DNA of 64,000 nt from Burkholderiales bacterium (GCA_947473125.1 CANJDH010000015.1:184-64183); one strand, 5' to 3'; shown: positions 9,979 to 20,759, counted from the first letter of the stretch. Notes: generated by a model from the sequence alone, not told the origin. Program-made: numbers and translations.

Positions 9979-10173
9979 ATGCCTCTCTACGAATACAAAT
10001 GCAGCGCCTGCGCCAAGTCATTTGAACTGCTGGTGCGCTCCTCCACCGTGCCCCAATGCCCGCATTGCGGCAGCCGGCAACTCGAAAAGCTGATGTCGAG
10101 CTTCTCGCAAGGATCGCCCGCCCTGACCTCCACGTTCGTGCCCCCCGGCACACGCGGACACCCGGACAATTGA
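9979..10173 (+). CDS. FmdB-family zinc-ribbon protein
   Basis: The product starts MPLYEYKCSAC and continues to CPHCG, the FmdB/CxxC_CxxC_SSSS signature. Confidence 0.8.
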   Translation: MPLYEYKCSACAKSFELLVRSSTVPQCPHCGSRQLEKLMSSFSQGSPALTSTFVPPGTRGHPDN

Positions 10174-10191
10174 TTCGATGGAGCGTCCTTG

Positions 10192-10569
10192 ATGGAACGC
10201 GTGCGCATCGACAAGTGGCTGTGGGCAGCGCGCTTCTTCAAGACCCGCTCGCTCGCCACCGATGCGATTGATGGCGGCAAGGTGGCGCTTAACGGTGAGC
10301 GCGTCAAGCCTGCGAAGGAAGTCAAGACTGGGGATCGGCTGGAGGTGCGCACACCGTCAGGCCGCTTTGCGATCGTCGTCAAAGCAATATCGGACAAGCG
10401 CGGCAACGCCGGCGCTGCGCAACTGTTGTTCGATGAAACGGCCGCGAGCCGTGACGCGCGTGCGCGTGAGACCGAGCACAAAAAGCGCTTCGCCGACCCG
10501 GCAGACGCGATCGCGGCACGACCAACCAAGCGGGACCGACGCGACCTCGACCGGTTTCGCGATGCATAA
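10192..10569 (+). CDS. hslR: S4-domain RNA-binding heat shock protein Hsp15-like
   Basis: RIDKWLWAARFFKTRSLA is the Hsp15 S4 motif. The C-terminal tail is basic. Confidence 0.85.
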   Translation: MERVRIDKWLWAARFFKTRSLATDAIDGGKVALNGERVKPAKEVKTGDRLEVRTPSGRFAIVVKAISDKRGNAGAAQLLFDETAASRDARARETEHKKRFADPADAIAARPTKRDRRDLDRFRDA

Positions 10570-10596
10570 TTGCCCCGATACATGAAGGAGAACCGA

Positions 10597-11562
10597 ATGA
10601 ACCAGATCATCGTCGCTGCGATTGCGGCACTTTTTGCATTCGCTGCACAGCCGGGCCTGGCGCAGCCCTACCCGAACAAGCCGGTGAAGGTCCTGGTGCC
10701 GTTCGTCGCCGGTGGCACCAGCGACATCGTGGCCCGCGCGGTGGCGCAAAAGCTCAATGACGCCGGCTATACCGCATTGGTCGAGAACCGCCCGGGCGCC
10801 AATGGCTCGATTGCCGCAGAAGCGCTGGCCAAATCGCCCGCTGACGGCTACACCATCATGGTTGGCTCGATCGGCACCTTCGCGATCAACATGAGCCTGT
10901 ACAAAAACCCGAAATACGACGTGATGAGGGATTTTGACGCGATCACCGTCGCCGTCAGCACGCCCAATGTGCTGATCACGCCGCCGAATTTTCCGGCCAA
11001 CAACCTTGCGGAATTCATTGCCTACTCGAAGAAGAATCCGGGGAAAATTTCCTACGGTTCGTCGGGCTCGGGATCCAGCGACCATCTCTCCGCGGAGCTG
11101 TTCAAGCAGCAGACCGGGACTTTCGGCGTGCATATTCCGTATCGCGGCGGCGCGGCGGCGCAGACCGACATCATGGGCGGCGTCATCGAAGCATCGTTCC
11201 AGAATTTCGGCACGGTGGTGCCCTACATCAAGGCCGGCAAGATGAAGGCCCTTGCAGTCACCTCGAAGGCGCGCATGCCGCAGTTGCCCGACGTACCGAC
11301 CGTGATCGAGAGCGGCCTGGCAGGTTTTGAAGTCACATCTTGGCAAGCGGTCGCGGCGCCCAAAGGCACGCCAAAGGAAATCATCGCCAAGTTGCAGGCC
11401 GACATCGCCAAAGGATTTCGCGCCCCCGACATCAGCAAGCGTTTTGCCGATCAGGGGTTCGAGGTCGTCGTCAACTCGCCCGAGCAGGCCGGTTCGTTCT
11501 TCAAGCAGGAAATTGAGCGATGGGCCAAGGTCGTGAAGGCCTCCGGCGCATCCGTGGATTAG
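10597..11562 (+). CDS. Bug/TctC-family tripartite tricarboxylate transporter substrate-binding protein
   Basis: The product has a signal peptide followed by QPYPNKPVKVLVPFVAGGTSD, the Bug family signature. AAGGAG precedes ATG 10597. Confidence 0.88.
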   Translation: MNQIIVAAIAALFAFAAQPGLAQPYPNKPVKVLVPFVAGGTSDIVARAVAQKLNDAGYTALVENRPGANGSIAAEALAKSPADGYTIMVGSIGTFAINMSLYKNPKYDVMRDFDAITVAVSTPNVLITPPNFPANNLAEFIAYSKKNPGKISYGSSGSGSSDHLSAELFKQQTGTFGVHIPYRGGAAAQTDIMGGVIEASFQNFGTVVPYIKAGKMKALAVTSKARMPQLPDVPTVIESGLAGFEVTSWQAVAAPKGTPKEIIAKLQADIAKGFRAPDISKRFADQGFEVVVNSPEQAGSFFKQEIERWAKVVKASGASVD

Positions 11563-11811
11563 GCGTGGTCAGCCGCCACAAGGGTGCACCGCCACCGGTA
11601 CCGGATTCGGCTTCCCGGCAAATCGCCGCGCAGGCGGTGTTTTGGCTGCTTGCAGCTGCGGCGGCGTTGGCCGGTTCCGGGGGCGCATTTTTTCTGGTCA
11701 CCGCGTTCAGCGCCGGCAGGATCGCCCCTGTACCCGTCGGTCTGGGTCAGGTGCTGCTGCTGGTCGGCGTGCTGGGTGTTGCCGCCGCATTTTTTCAGCA
11801 GGCCCGCAGCC

Positions 11812-12558
11812 TTACACCGTCATCCCGCCCGACACTTCCAGCACTGCGCCGTTGATGTAGCTGGCGTCGTCCGATGCCAGAAAGGCATACACGCTGGCAA
11901 TTTCTTCGGGTTTGCCCAAACGGCCGAGCGACACGCGGCCTTCGAGCTGTTTCATCACGTTTTCCGGAATGGCATCAAGAATGTGTGTGGCGATGAAGCC
12001 GGGCGCCACCGCGTTGACGCGAATGCCTTTGGGCCCGAGTTCGCGGAACCAGGTCTTGGTAAATCCGATCACGCCGAATTTGGTCGCCGCGTAATTGGTT
12101 TGGCCGAAGTTGCCGTAGAGGCCGACGATCGACGAAGCGTTGAGGATCACGCCGCTGCCCTGTTCAATCATGGTGGGCACCACCGCCTGGGCACAGTTGA
12201 AGACGCCTTTCAGATTCACGTCGATCACCGCGTCGAACTCGACTTCCGTCATCTTGACCAGCCGCGCATCTTTGGTAATGCCGGCGTTGTTGACCAGGAT
12301 GTCAATGCGGCCGCACTGCTGCTTGACTGCGGCTACGAGCGCGTCAACGCTGGCGCGTTGCGTGACATCAACGATCAGGCCAAGCGCATCCGCAGATCCG
12401 CCCAAAGCATTGCATTGGGCGACCGCTGCATCGATTTGGTCACGCCTGAGGTCGGCAATGACGACCCGCGCCCCTTCGGTGACAAATCGCTTGGCCGTTG
12501 CCAGTCCGATACCGTTGGCTGCGCCGGTGATGATGGCTACCTTGTTCTTGAGCCGCAT
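11812..12558 (-). CDS. SDR family oxidoreductase (3-oxoacyl-ACP reductase FabG-like)
   Basis: The product has the TGAANGIG cofactor motif, the NNAG motif and the YxxxK catalytic motif (YAATKFG). Confidence 0.88.
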   Translation of the reverse strand: MRLKNKVAIITGAANGIGLATAKRFVTEGARVVIADLRRDQIDAAVAQCNALGGSADALGLIVDVTQRASVDALVAAVKQQCGRIDILVNNAGITKDARLVKMTEVEFDAVIDVNLKGVFNCAQAVVPTMIEQGSGVILNASSIVGLYGNFGQTNYAATKFGVIGFTKTWFRELGPKGIRVNAVAPGFIATHILDAIPENVMKQLEGRVSLGRLGKPEEIASVYAFLASDDASYINGAVLEVSGGMTV

Positions 12559-12645
12559 GAATACCCGCCTTGAAAATCAAAAGCCGCGATTGTACGGAAA
12601 AACCCGATGACGCCGCCCGCGACAGACAGCAGCCTCATCTGCCGC

Positions 12646-13239
12646 TTACGGCCCGGACCAGGCGCCTGCGTCGGACGCCGCAAATTCCAAGACCTCGTCG
12701 ATCTGGTCAACGAAGTCTGTCAGGCCATGATCGCTGCCCTGAACAATGCGATGCCGCGCGCCCGGATAGCCCGCCACCATTTCGCGCCAGTCCAGCAACT
12801 CATCGCCCGTAGCGGCGACCAGGAAATACCTTTCCGGGCGCGTGATCCGGCCGACATCCAGCTGCCGCAACTGTTCAAGAAATTCGGCCTTGAACTCAAA
12901 CGCCTCTCCTTCGCCGTGATACGCAGTTTGCGGCCCGACGTGGTTTGCCAGCTTTTCGTAGGCGCGCAGCGCGGGATTGAGCAGAACCGCACGGCACCCC
13001 AGTTCTTCGGCAAGGAAGGTGGCGTAATAGCCACCCAGCGAACTGCCGACCAGTGTGAGCTGCGACGGTGGCGCCTGCCGAGCCAGATCGCGGGCCAAGC
13101 TGATGGCGCTGCGCGGCTCAGGCGGCAATTGCGGGCACGCATAGTCGGCCGCGCGACCCAGCGCCGACATGCGTTGCGCCAGCAGCCGCGCCTTGAACGA
13201 TTGCGGCGAGGAACGAAACCCATGCAGGTAAAGAATCAT
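12646..13239 (-). CDS. YqiA-family alpha/beta hydrolase (esterase)
   Basis: The product starts MILYLHGFRSSPQS and has the nucleophile elbow GSSLGG. The start was chosen at the ILYLHGF methionine, just downstream of the mpl stop. Confidence 0.85.
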   Translation of the reverse strand: MILYLHGFRSSPQSFKARLLAQRMSALGRAADYACPQLPPEPRSAISLARDLARQAPPSQLTLVGSSLGGYYATFLAEELGCRAVLLNPALRAYEKLANHVGPQTAYHGEGEAFEFKAEFLEQLRQLDVGRITRPERYFLVAATGDELLDWREMVAGYPGARHRIVQGSDHGLTDFVDQIDEVLEFAASDAGAWSGP

Positions 13240-13246
13240 GCCCGGA

Positions 13247-14635
13247 TCAACGCCGCTGCAATCCGGCCAGAATTTTTGCATGCACGCCGCCGAAGCTGCC
13301 ATTGCTCATCACCAGCACCTGGTCTCCGGGAGCCGATGCGCCAAGAATGGCTTCCACCAACGGCTCCAGACCATCGTAGGCCGCGGCCCGGGCGCCAAGC
13401 GGTTGCAGCACTTCGGCCAGATTCCAGCCGAGCGCGTCCTTGCCCGATGCGGCACCGTAGCCGAATATCAGGTCGGCGCCGGCGAGACTGCCCGGCAAGG
13501 CCGCTTTCATGGTGCCAAGTTTCATCGTATTGGAACGCGGCTCCAGAACGGCAAGGATGCGAACCCCGTTTCCGACCTTGGCGCGCAACCCGGCGATGGT
13601 GGTCGCGATTGCCGTAGGGTGATGCGCGAAATCGTCATACACCGTGACTCCTGCGACGGTCCCGCGCACTTCCATGCGGCGCTTGACGCTCTTGAATGAC
13701 GCGAGCGCGGCGATGGCCTCGGCCGCGACAACGCCGACATGGCGAGCCGCCGCGATGGCGGCCAGCGCATTCATGCGATTGTGCGGTCCCATTAAATCCC
13801 AGCGCACCCGACCCTGCATCGCGCCGCGATACGACACCTCAAACGACCCGTCCGGATCGGCCTCACCGCCCTGCCATTCGGAGAGCGGACTGCCAAACCG
13901 CTCCAGTTGACTCCAGCAGCCCCGCGCCAACACGCGGTCGAGGCTTGGTTCGGAGCCGTTCACGATCAGGCGCCCGCTGCGCGGTACGGTTCGCACCAGG
14001 TGATGAAACTGCGTTTCGATGGCCCCGACATCGGGAAAGATGTCGGCGTGGTCATACTCAAGATTATTGAGAATCACCGTCCGCGCACGGTAGTGCACAA
14101 ACTTGCTGCGTTTGTCGAAAAACGCGGTGTCGTATTCGTCGGCCTCGATCACGAAGGGTGGCGCTGTCCCTGCAGCGGATTTACCGGAGGCGCGTGCCGA
14201 TACGCCGAAATTTTCAGGAACTCCCCCGATCAGGAAACCAGGTGATTTTCCGGCACTTTCGAGGATCCACGCCAGCATCGAGGTGGTGGTGGTTTTCCCA
14301 TGCGTACCGGCCACTGCAAGCACATGCTGCCGACGCAACAGGTTTTCACCTGCCCACTGCGGCCCGGAGATGTAGGGCGCACCGTCGTCCAGGATGGCTT
14401 CCATCAACGGGTTGCCACGCGAGACCACGTTGCCCACCACGAACAGGTCCGGCTTCAGGGCCAGCTGGCCGGATTCGAATCCTTCAATCAGGTCGATTCC
14501 CAACGCTTCGAGCTGGGTGCTCATCGGCGGGTAGACGTTCGCATCGCAGCCGGTCACGCGGTGGCCGGCGCCGCGCGCAATGGCGGCAATGCCGCCCATG
14601 AAGGTGCCACAAATACCGAGAATATGGATATGCAT
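13247..14635 (-). CDS. mpl: UDP-N-acetylmuramate:L-alanyl-gamma-D-glutamyl-meso-DAP ligase Mpl
   Basis: The product starts MHIHILGICGTFMGG and has Mur ligase motifs (GTHGKTTT). Confidence 0.93.
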   Translation of the reverse strand: MHIHILGICGTFMGGIAAIARGAGHRVTGCDANVYPPMSTQLEALGIDLIEGFESGQLALKPDLFVVGNVVSRGNPLMEAILDDGAPYISGPQWAGENLLRRQHVLAVAGTHGKTTTTSMLAWILESAGKSPGFLIGGVPENFGVSARASGKSAAGTAPPFVIEADEYDTAFFDKRSKFVHYRARTVILNNLEYDHADIFPDVGAIETQFHHLVRTVPRSGRLIVNGSEPSLDRVLARGCWSQLERFGSPLSEWQGGEADPDGSFEVSYRGAMQGRVRWDLMGPHNRMNALAAIAAARHVGVVAAEAIAALASFKSVKRRMEVRGTVAGVTVYDDFAHHPTAIATTIAGLRAKVGNGVRILAVLEPRSNTMKLGTMKAALPGSLAGADLIFGYGAASGKDALGWNLAEVLQPLGARAAAYDGLEPLVEAILGASAPGDQVLVMSNGSFGGVHAKILAGLQRR

Positions 14636-14741
14636 GAGGGGAAGTGGCAAAGCCAAGAGCACGTCGGAGCGGCGCTGATTGTATCGCCCCGACCTGTTGA
14701 CACCACTGACGCCGCACCCGGGGCGACGCTACAATCCGGCC

Positions 14742-15398
14742 ATGGCAAGGCAGACCAAACACGCGACGCACTCGCGACGAGCGATCGCAGCCCACGCCGC
14801 GCGCCTGATGGCCGAGGACGGCGTGAGCGAATTCGGTACAGCCAAGCGCAAAGCCGCACGCCAATTGGGTTTTTCGGAAGCCGATGCGCTGCCGTCAAAT
14901 GATGAGGTCGAGATTGAACTGCGCGCCTACCACGCGCTGTTTCAACACGACGAGCAGCAGGTGCGCCTCGATTGCATGCGCACTGTTGCGATTGATCTGA
15001 TGGATCTGCTCGGCCAGTACCAGCCATGCCTGACAGGACCCGCATTGCACGGCACGGCAGTTCGCGGATCGGCCATTGACATTGACCTTTTTGCCGACAG
15101 CATGAAAAACCCTGAGGTATGGCTCATCGATACGGGCATAAAGTACCGCACGATTGAGCGGCGGCACTTCAATCGGGCCATCGAACGCAAGGTACCAGTG
15201 TTGACGTTCGACTATCGCGGATATACGGTCAATCTGGCCGTATATGAGGTCAACGACCGGCGCGGGGCGCTTGTGCCGGATTCGGATGGCGCCCCGGCAC
15301 GAGGCGACATCGCGGCCGTTCGGCGCCTGCTGGACCCGCCAAGCGGGGAGGCATCGATTGGGCTGATTGGGGGCACTTCAGCTTGGAACCGGAGGTGA
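14742..15398 (+). CDS. Conserved hypothetical protein with a possible minimal nucleotidyltransferase-like motif
   Basis: Clean ORF with TACAAT just upstream. HGTAVRGSAIDIDLF resembles the Pol-beta-type NTase G[ST]...DxD pattern. No confident family assignment. Confidence 0.6.
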   Translation: MARQTKHATHSRRAIAAHAARLMAEDGVSEFGTAKRKAARQLGFSEADALPSNDEVEIELRAYHALFQHDEQQVRLDCMRTVAIDLMDLLGQYQPCLTGPALHGTAVRGSAIDIDLFADSMKNPEVWLIDTGIKYRTIERRHFNRAIERKVPVLTFDYRGYTVNLAVYEVNDRRGALVPDSDGAPARGDIAAVRRLLDPPSGEASIGLIGGTSAWNRR

Positions 15399-15934
15399 CC
15401 CGCGCTCCGGCGGGAATTCGCCGCCCCGCCCTCGCCGGCCTGGTTCTGCTCGTCGGCGCCATTGCGGCGGCGGCGGGCTTTTGGATCCATGCGCAGCGTT
15501 TGGAGGCGATTGCAATGCCGATAGACGCGCTTTGGGCGGCGGAATTCAAGGACCTCGCCGGCCTTCCCGTGAAAATGTCGACTCTGAAGGGTCAACCTCT
15601 GGTGGTAAATTTTTGGGCCACCTGGTGCGGCCCGTGCATTGAGGAAATGCCGGATTTCCAGCGCGCCAGCCAGACCGATCGAGGCAAGAAAGTAAAATTT
15701 GTTGGCATCGGTATTGATTATGCGAAGAACATGAAGCCATTTGCCGACAAAATGGGCATTTCCTACATCTTGCTCGAATCCGGCGCCCAGGGATTGGATA
15801 TTCTCAAGTCTGTGGGGAATACCTCGGGCTCGCTGCCTTTTACGCTGATTATTGACCGTGATGGCAAAGTGCTCCAAACCAAGATGGGCAAGTTGGAATA
15901 CGCCGACCTCATGTCTGCTATCGACAGGTTTTGA
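15383..15934 (+). CDS. TlpA-family thiol:disulfide oxidoreductase (thioredoxin fold, membrane anchored)
   Basis: The product has an N-terminal TM segment and FWATWCGPC (WCxxC active site). The TTG start is uncertain. Confidence 0.85.
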   Translation: MEPEVTRAPAGIRRPALAGLVLLVGAIAAAAGFWIHAQRLEAIAMPIDALWAAEFKDLAGLPVKMSTLKGQPLVVNFWATWCGPCIEEMPDFQRASQTDRGKKVKFVGIGIDYAKNMKPFADKMGISYILLESGAQGLDILKSVGNTSGSLPFTLIIDRDGKVLQTKMGKLEYADLMSAIDRF

Positions 15935-16133
15935 CGCCCGCAATGCGCAAGGCGGCCGCCCATTTTCGGGTAAACTCGTCGTTGCCGACAGGGCTACTGA
16001 ATCGGCCACTCGCCTGGCAGTGGCCGCAAATCGAAGTGAAGCGGCCATTCGCCGTCGCCCAGAAAAACAAGAATAAGCTCCGGTGTTTTAGGCTCTGTTT
16101 TAGCAATTTTCACTGAAATTAGAGGTGATTTGG

Positions 16134-16586
16134 ATGGACTTGAGAAAACTGAAAACATTGATCGAACTCGTTGAGTCGTCCGGGATTAGCGAACTTGAGG
16201 TCACCGAAGGGGAAGAAAAAGTCCGGATCGTGAAATCGGGGCATTTACCTGTAAATTTCGGGAACATGAGCGCGCAATCCCAGATGTTGCCTCCAGCGGC
16301 ACCGCTGCCGAGCGGCGCGGCACCGCCTCCACTAGCACCAGCCCCCCCCGTGGGTCATACGGTCAAGTCGCCGATGGTCGGTACCTTTTATCGTTCTGCT
16401 TCTCCGGGAGCGAAGGTATTCGTCGAAGTCGGCACGGAAGTCAAAGAGGGCGATGTCCTATGCATCATTGAGGCGATGAAGCTGCTCAATGAAATTCCGG
16501 CGGACCGGGGCGGCGTGGTTCGCCAGATTCTGGTCGAGAACGGCCAACCGGTCGAATATGGACAAATTCTGTTTGTCATCGAGTAG
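16134..16586 (+). CDS. accB: Acetyl-CoA carboxylase biotin carboxyl carrier protein AccB
   Basis: The product starts [14 protein letters not shown] and has the biotinylation motif EAMKL. AGAGG lies 8 nt upstream of ATG 16134. Confidence 0.95.
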   Translation: MDLRKLKTLIELVESSGISELEVTEGEEKVRIVKSGHLPVNFGNMSAQSQMLPPAAPLPSGAAPPPLAPAPPVGHTVKSPMVGTFYRSASPGAKVFVEVGTEVKEGDVLCIIEAMKLLNEIPADRGGVVRQILVENGQPVEYGQILFVIE

Positions 16587-16613
16587 CCAAGTCACTCACC
16601 CGCAAAGTTTCCC

Positions 16614-17972
16614 ATGGCCATGTTTGAAAAGGTACTGATCGCCAATCGCGGCGAAATCGCATTGCGGATCCAGCGCGCTTGCCGCGAAATGGGCATTCGC
16701 ACCGTGGTCGTGCACTCGGAAGTCGATGCCGAGGCCAAATACGTCAAGCTCGCCGACGAATCCGTGTGTATCGGGCCGGCTCCTTCGCCTCTCAGTTACC
16801 TCAACATGGCCGCCATCATCAGCGCAGCGGAAGTGACGGACGCCCAGGCGATTCACCCCGGATACGGGTTCTTGTCCGAGAATGCCGACTTCGCCGAGCG
16901 CGTCGAGAAAAGCGGGTTTGTCTTCATCGGGCCGCGTCCGGAATCGATACGTCTCATGGGTGACAAGGTCTCCGCCAAGCAGGCCATGATCAAGGCCGGA
17001 GTACCTTGCGTTCCCGGTTCCGGGGGTGCACTACCGGATGATTCGAAGGAAATCATCAAGACCGCGCGGGAACTCAAATACCCGGTCATCATCAAGGCTG
17101 CGGGAGGCGGCGGCGGCCGCGGCATGCGCGTCGTCCACACCGAAGCGGCCCTGGTCAACGCGGTGACCATGACGCGCTCGGAGGCGCAGTCTGCATTCGG
17201 CAATCCGATGGTGTACATGGAGAAGTTTCTGGAAAATCCGCGGCACATCGAGATCCAGGTGCTGGCTGACCAGCATCGGCAAGCGGTGTGGCTCGGCGAA
17301 CGCGATTGCTCGATGCAGCGACGCCACCAGAAGGTTATCGAAGAAGCACCAGCACCGGGCATCCCGCGGCGCCTGATAGATCGTATCGGCGAGCGCTGCG
17401 CCGAGGCGTGCCGGAAGATCGCCTATCGCGGTGCCGGCACCTTTGAGTTCCTGTATGAGAACAACGAGTTCTTTTTCATCGAGATGAATACCCGCGTGCA
17501 AGTCGAACACCCCGTGACCGAGCTGATCACCGGGATCGACATTGTGCAGGAGCAGATACGCGTGGCGGCCGGTGAAAAGCTCCGGTTCCGCCAAAAGGAC
17601 ATCGCTCTCAAGGGCCATGCGATCGAATGCCGCATCAACGCGGAGGATCCGTTCAAGTTCACCCCTAGTCCGGGCCGCATCACAAGTTACCACCCACCTG
17701 GTGGCCCCGGGATTCGTGTCGACTCGCATGCCTATAGCGGCTACTTCGTGCCGCCAAACTACGACTCGATGATTGGCAAGGTAATCGCCTATGGCGGTGA
17801 TCGGGCGCAGGCATTGGCGCGCATGCGCATCGCGCTGTCCGAGACGATCATTGAAGGCATCCAGACCAACCTGCCGCTTCATCGCCTGTTGATGGATGAC
17901 ACCAATTTCATGGCGGGGGGAACCAGCATCCACTACCTGGAACAAAAGCTCGCCGCCCGTTCTTCAACCTGA
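16614..17972 (+). CDS. accC: Acetyl-CoA carboxylase biotin carboxylase AccC
   Basis: The product has the [13 protein letters not shown]-terminus and an ATP-grasp fold ([10 protein letters not shown]). Confidence 0.96.
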   Translation: MAMFEKVLIANRGEIALRIQRACREMGIRTVVVHSEVDAEAKYVKLADESVCIGPAPSPLSYLNMAAIISAAEVTDAQAIHPGYGFLSENADFAERVEKSGFVFIGPRPESIRLMGDKVSAKQAMIKAGVPCVPGSGGALPDDSKEIIKTARELKYPVIIKAAGGGGGRGMRVVHTEAALVNAVTMTRSEAQSAFGNPMVYMEKFLENPRHIEIQVLADQHRQAVWLGERDCSMQRRHQKVIEEAPAPGIPRRLIDRIGERCAEACRKIAYRGAGTFEFLYENNEFFFIEMNTRVQVEHPVTELITGIDIVQEQIRVAAGEKLRFRQKDIALKGHAIECRINAEDPFKFTPSPGRITSYHPPGGPGIRVDSHAYSGYFVPPNYDSMIGKVIAYGGDRAQALARMRIALSETIIEGIQTNLPLHRLLMDDTNFMAGGTSIHYLEQKLAARSST

Positions 17973-17974
17973 CC

Positions 17975-18874
17975 ATGGCGTGGCGCGAACTGCGTTTTGT
18001 CTGCGACGCCGCGATGGCCGATGCCATCAGTGAGTCGTTGCTCAGCGCTGGCGCCCTCTCGGTGTCGATCGAGGATGCGGACGCCGGGACGCTTGCGGAA
18101 CAACCGCTTTTCGGAGAACCGGGGAGCGCAACCGAGGCGGCGTGGGCACGGAACACCGTGGTCGTGCTTATCAACGAGCAGGATGACGAGAAAGAGGTGT
18201 TGGCCGAGGCGGCGCGCGGTGCCGGGCTTGCGCATCCACCCGCCTACGTTGCGTCCATGGTTCCGGAACAGGATTGGGTGCGCCTCACACAGTCCCAGTT
18301 TGATCCGATTCGCATTTCGGCAAGGCTGTGGATCGTGCCCACCTGGCACACGGCGCCAGATCCGGGCGCCCTGGCGATCAGACTTGACCCAGGCTTGGCA
18401 TTCGGAACCGGAAGCCACCCTACGACGCGCATGTGCCTCGAGTGGCTGGATCACAACCTCAAGCCGCATGACACGCTGCTCGACTACGGCTGCGGCTCTG
18501 GAATTCTGGCAATCGCCGCGGCGATTCTCGGCGCAGAAGAGGTGGCGGCAACGGATATCGACGCCCAGGCATTGGCGGCTACAACCGATAACGCCGCAGC
18601 GAATCATTGCGCAGTTAGCGTTTGCGCCACGGATCAATTACCGACGCGCAGGTACGATGTAGTGGTGGCGAACATCCTCACCAACCCGCTCAAGGTGCTG
18701 GCTCCAGCGCTGGCCGCCCAGGTGCGCGAAGGCGGCAGGCTCACCCTTTCTGGTATTCTGGAATCGCAGGCCGCCGACATCATTGCCACCTACGCCCCGC
18801 TCATTCAACTCGAAGTCTGGCGCCGTGAAGAGGGATGGGTATGCCTCTCGGGCACGAAGCCATGCACTTCCTGA
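17975..18874 (+). CDS. prmA: Ribosomal protein L11 methyltransferase PrmA
   Basis: The product has the SAM-binding motif DYGCGSGILAI and lies in accBC-prmA synteny. Confidence 0.93.
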   Translation: MAWRELRFVCDAAMADAISESLLSAGALSVSIEDADAGTLAEQPLFGEPGSATEAAWARNTVVVLINEQDDEKEVLAEAARGAGLAHPPAYVASMVPEQDWVRLTQSQFDPIRISARLWIVPTWHTAPDPGALAIRLDPGLAFGTGSHPTTRMCLEWLDHNLKPHDTLLDYGCGSGILAIAAAILGAEEVAATDIDAQALAATTDNAAANHCAVSVCATDQLPTRRYDVVVANILTNPLKVLAPALAAQVREGGRLTLSGILESQAADIIATYAPLIQLEVWRREEGWVCLSGTKPCTS

Positions 18875-18889
18875 TATCAACGTAATGCC

Positions 18890-19714
18890 ATGACCATGTT
18901 GACGCGTTGCACTGCCTGCGAGACGGCGTTCCGCATCACCGCGGACCAGCTGGTTTTGCGTCAGGGCAAGGTCAGGTGCGGCAAATGCGGGACGGTATTT
19001 AGCGCCCTGGAGCAGTTGGCCGATGGCGACGACCCCGGCCCGGCAACACCGGTCACGCCAGAATCTGCAATCGGTTCCCCGTCTCCGAGCACCAGCATTC
19101 CTGCGGCAGACTTGACCACGGCTGAAGTGGTGCTCAACGGTCCAGCGCGAGCCGAAAGCACGGCACCGCCGACAAGCGAAGCGCCAACGGCAGTTGACGA
19201 CGCGGCCACGATTTTGCCTCCAACTGAAACTCGCGCAGCCGTCCAAACCGGCAAACGCCACTGGGGCAGCGTTGCCGGCAGCCTGCTGGCCGGCGCGGCG
19301 CTCGTGTTGCAGGTGGGATATTTCTACCGGGATGAAGCTGCGGCCCGCTTCCCTACGGCCAAACCATGGCTCGAACGCATGTGCGTGCACTTGTCATGCG
19401 GGTTTGACGTGCCTCGCGACGTGCAGGCGATTAGCATCGAGTCCCATGACTTGCAAGCGGATCCTGCCAACAAGGCACTTCTGGCACTGGTTGCATTACT
19501 GCGCAATCGCGCCAGCTTTGCCCAAAACCCGCCTCACCTTGAATTGACCCTGACCGACGCGCAGGACGCGCCTATCGCACGACGCGTGCTGGCCCCGCGT
19601 GAATATGGCACCGCATCGCAGATGGGCGCCGGCGCGGAACTGCAGGTTCGGGTACTGATTGATGCCAGTCAGGTCAAGGCGAGCGGCTATCGGCTGTACG
19701 CCTTTTATCCGTGA
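18890..19714 (+). CDS. MJ0042-type zinc-finger / DUF3426-like membrane protein
   Basis: The product has N-terminal CTAC...CGKCG zinc-ribbon motifs, a central TM segment and a C-terminal DUF3426-like region. Confidence 0.8.
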   Translation: MTMLTRCTACETAFRITADQLVLRQGKVRCGKCGTVFSALEQLADGDDPGPATPVTPESAIGSPSPSTSIPAADLTTAEVVLNGPARAESTAPPTSEAPTAVDDAATILPPTETRAAVQTGKRHWGSVAGSLLAGAALVLQVGYFYRDEAAARFPTAKPWLERMCVHLSCGFDVPRDVQAISIESHDLQADPANKALLALVALLRNRASFAQNPPHLELTLTDAQDAPIARRVLAPREYGTASQMGAGAELQVRVLIDASQVKASGYRLYAFYP

Positions 19715-19764
19715 ACAGCACCGTACAATCGCATTCCTCAATCAACTTTTTTACAGGAAACACT

Positions 19765-20712
19765 ATGTCGGTACTGATCTGCGGCTCGATGGCATTCGAC
19801 AACATCATGGTGTTCAAGGGAAAATTCAAGGACCACATCCTGCCCGACCAGGTGCACATCCTCAATGTCGCATTTCTGGTGCCCGACTTGCGACGCGAAT
19901 TCGGCGGATGTGCAGGCAACATCGCGTACAACCTCAAGATGATCGCCGCCAAGGAAGAAGAGGAGCCGATCATCATGGCGGCAGTCGGTGAAGATTGCGA
20001 CATGTATTTCGAGCGTTTGTCAAACCTCGGCCTTCAAGCCGGTCACGTGGCGATGATCCCGGAAACCTTTACGGCCCAGGCGTTCATCACCACCGATCTG
20101 GACGACAACCAGATCACCGCATTCCACCCTGGGGCCATGAATTCATCACAAGTGAATCATGTTTCCGACGCAAAGGATCTCAAGCTCGGCATCGTTGCAC
20201 CAGACGGTCGGGAAGGGATGCTGCAGCATGCGCGCGAGTTTGCCGAGGCCGGCGTTCCGTTCATTTTCGATCCCGGACAGGGACTTCCCATGTTCTCGGG
20301 GGAAGAGTTGATGGATTTCATCAGCATGGCGGACTATGTCGCGGTCAACGACTACGAAGCACGCATGTTGCAGGAGAAAACCGGGCAGTCCGTTGAATCC
20401 ATCGCCAAATTGGTACAGGCTTTGGTCGTCACACGAGGGGTGGAAGGTTCTTATATCTATGCAGACGGTCAACGCCTGGACATTCCGAGCGTTAAAGCAG
20501 AGCAAGTGGTTGATCCCACCGGTTGCGGTGATGCATACCGAGCCGGCCTTTTGTTTGGTATTGTCAACAAGCTCGACTGGGAAGACGTCGGCAGGCTTGC
20601 CAGCATCATGGGGTCAATCAAGATATCTCACAGCGGTGCGCAGAACCACCTGCTCACACGCGATGAAATTGGTGCTCTCTATGCCAAGCATTTCGGGTTC
20701 AGCTTGTGGTGA
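19765..20712 (+). CDS. PfkB-family carbohydrate/nucleoside kinase
   Basis: The product has the PfkB signature DPTGCGDAYRAG near the C-terminus. The start was chosen at MSVLICGSMAFD. Confidence 0.85.
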   Translation: MSVLICGSMAFDNIMVFKGKFKDHILPDQVHILNVAFLVPDLRREFGGCAGNIAYNLKMIAAKEEEEPIIMAAVGEDCDMYFERLSNLGLQAGHVAMIPETFTAQAFITTDLDDNQITAFHPGAMNSSQVNHVSDAKDLKLGIVAPDGREGMLQHAREFAEAGVPFIFDPGQGLPMFSGEELMDFISMADYVAVNDYEARMLQEKTGQSVESIAKLVQALVVTRGVEGSYIYADGQRLDIPSVKAEQVVDPTGCGDAYRAGLLFGIVNKLDWEDVGRLASIMGSIKISHSGAQNHLLTRDEIGALYAKHFGFSLW

Positions 20713-20759
20713 GGCAGCAGGGTGCCGCTGAATCGTGCCACCGTTTCAAGGAGCAGTCA

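Noticed and set aside
11565-11855. Possible small two-TM protein (VVSRHKG...AVFWLLAAAAALAGSGG...VLLLVGVLGVAAAFF...) downstream of the Bug-family gene.
   Set aside because: There is no RBS, and only a GTG start. Third-position GC looks lower than in neighbouring genes, and the ORF overlaps the 3' end of the convergent SDR gene by ~44 nt. It cannot be supported without homology or expression data.
16002-16023. Hairpin GGCCACT-CGCCTGGC-AGTGGCC upstream of accB.
   Set aside because: The stem is short and there is no T-tract. I know of no regulatory motif matching it, so it could be a chance palindrome in GC-rich DNA.
19483-19497. TGGCAC...TTGC strings resembling sigma-54 promoters, here and at 42954-42967. 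They were looked for because a sigma-54 activator is encoded in the window.
   Set aside because: The GG-to-GC spacing is 2-3 nt too short, and both sites lie inside coding regions (the DUF3426-like gene and pilD).
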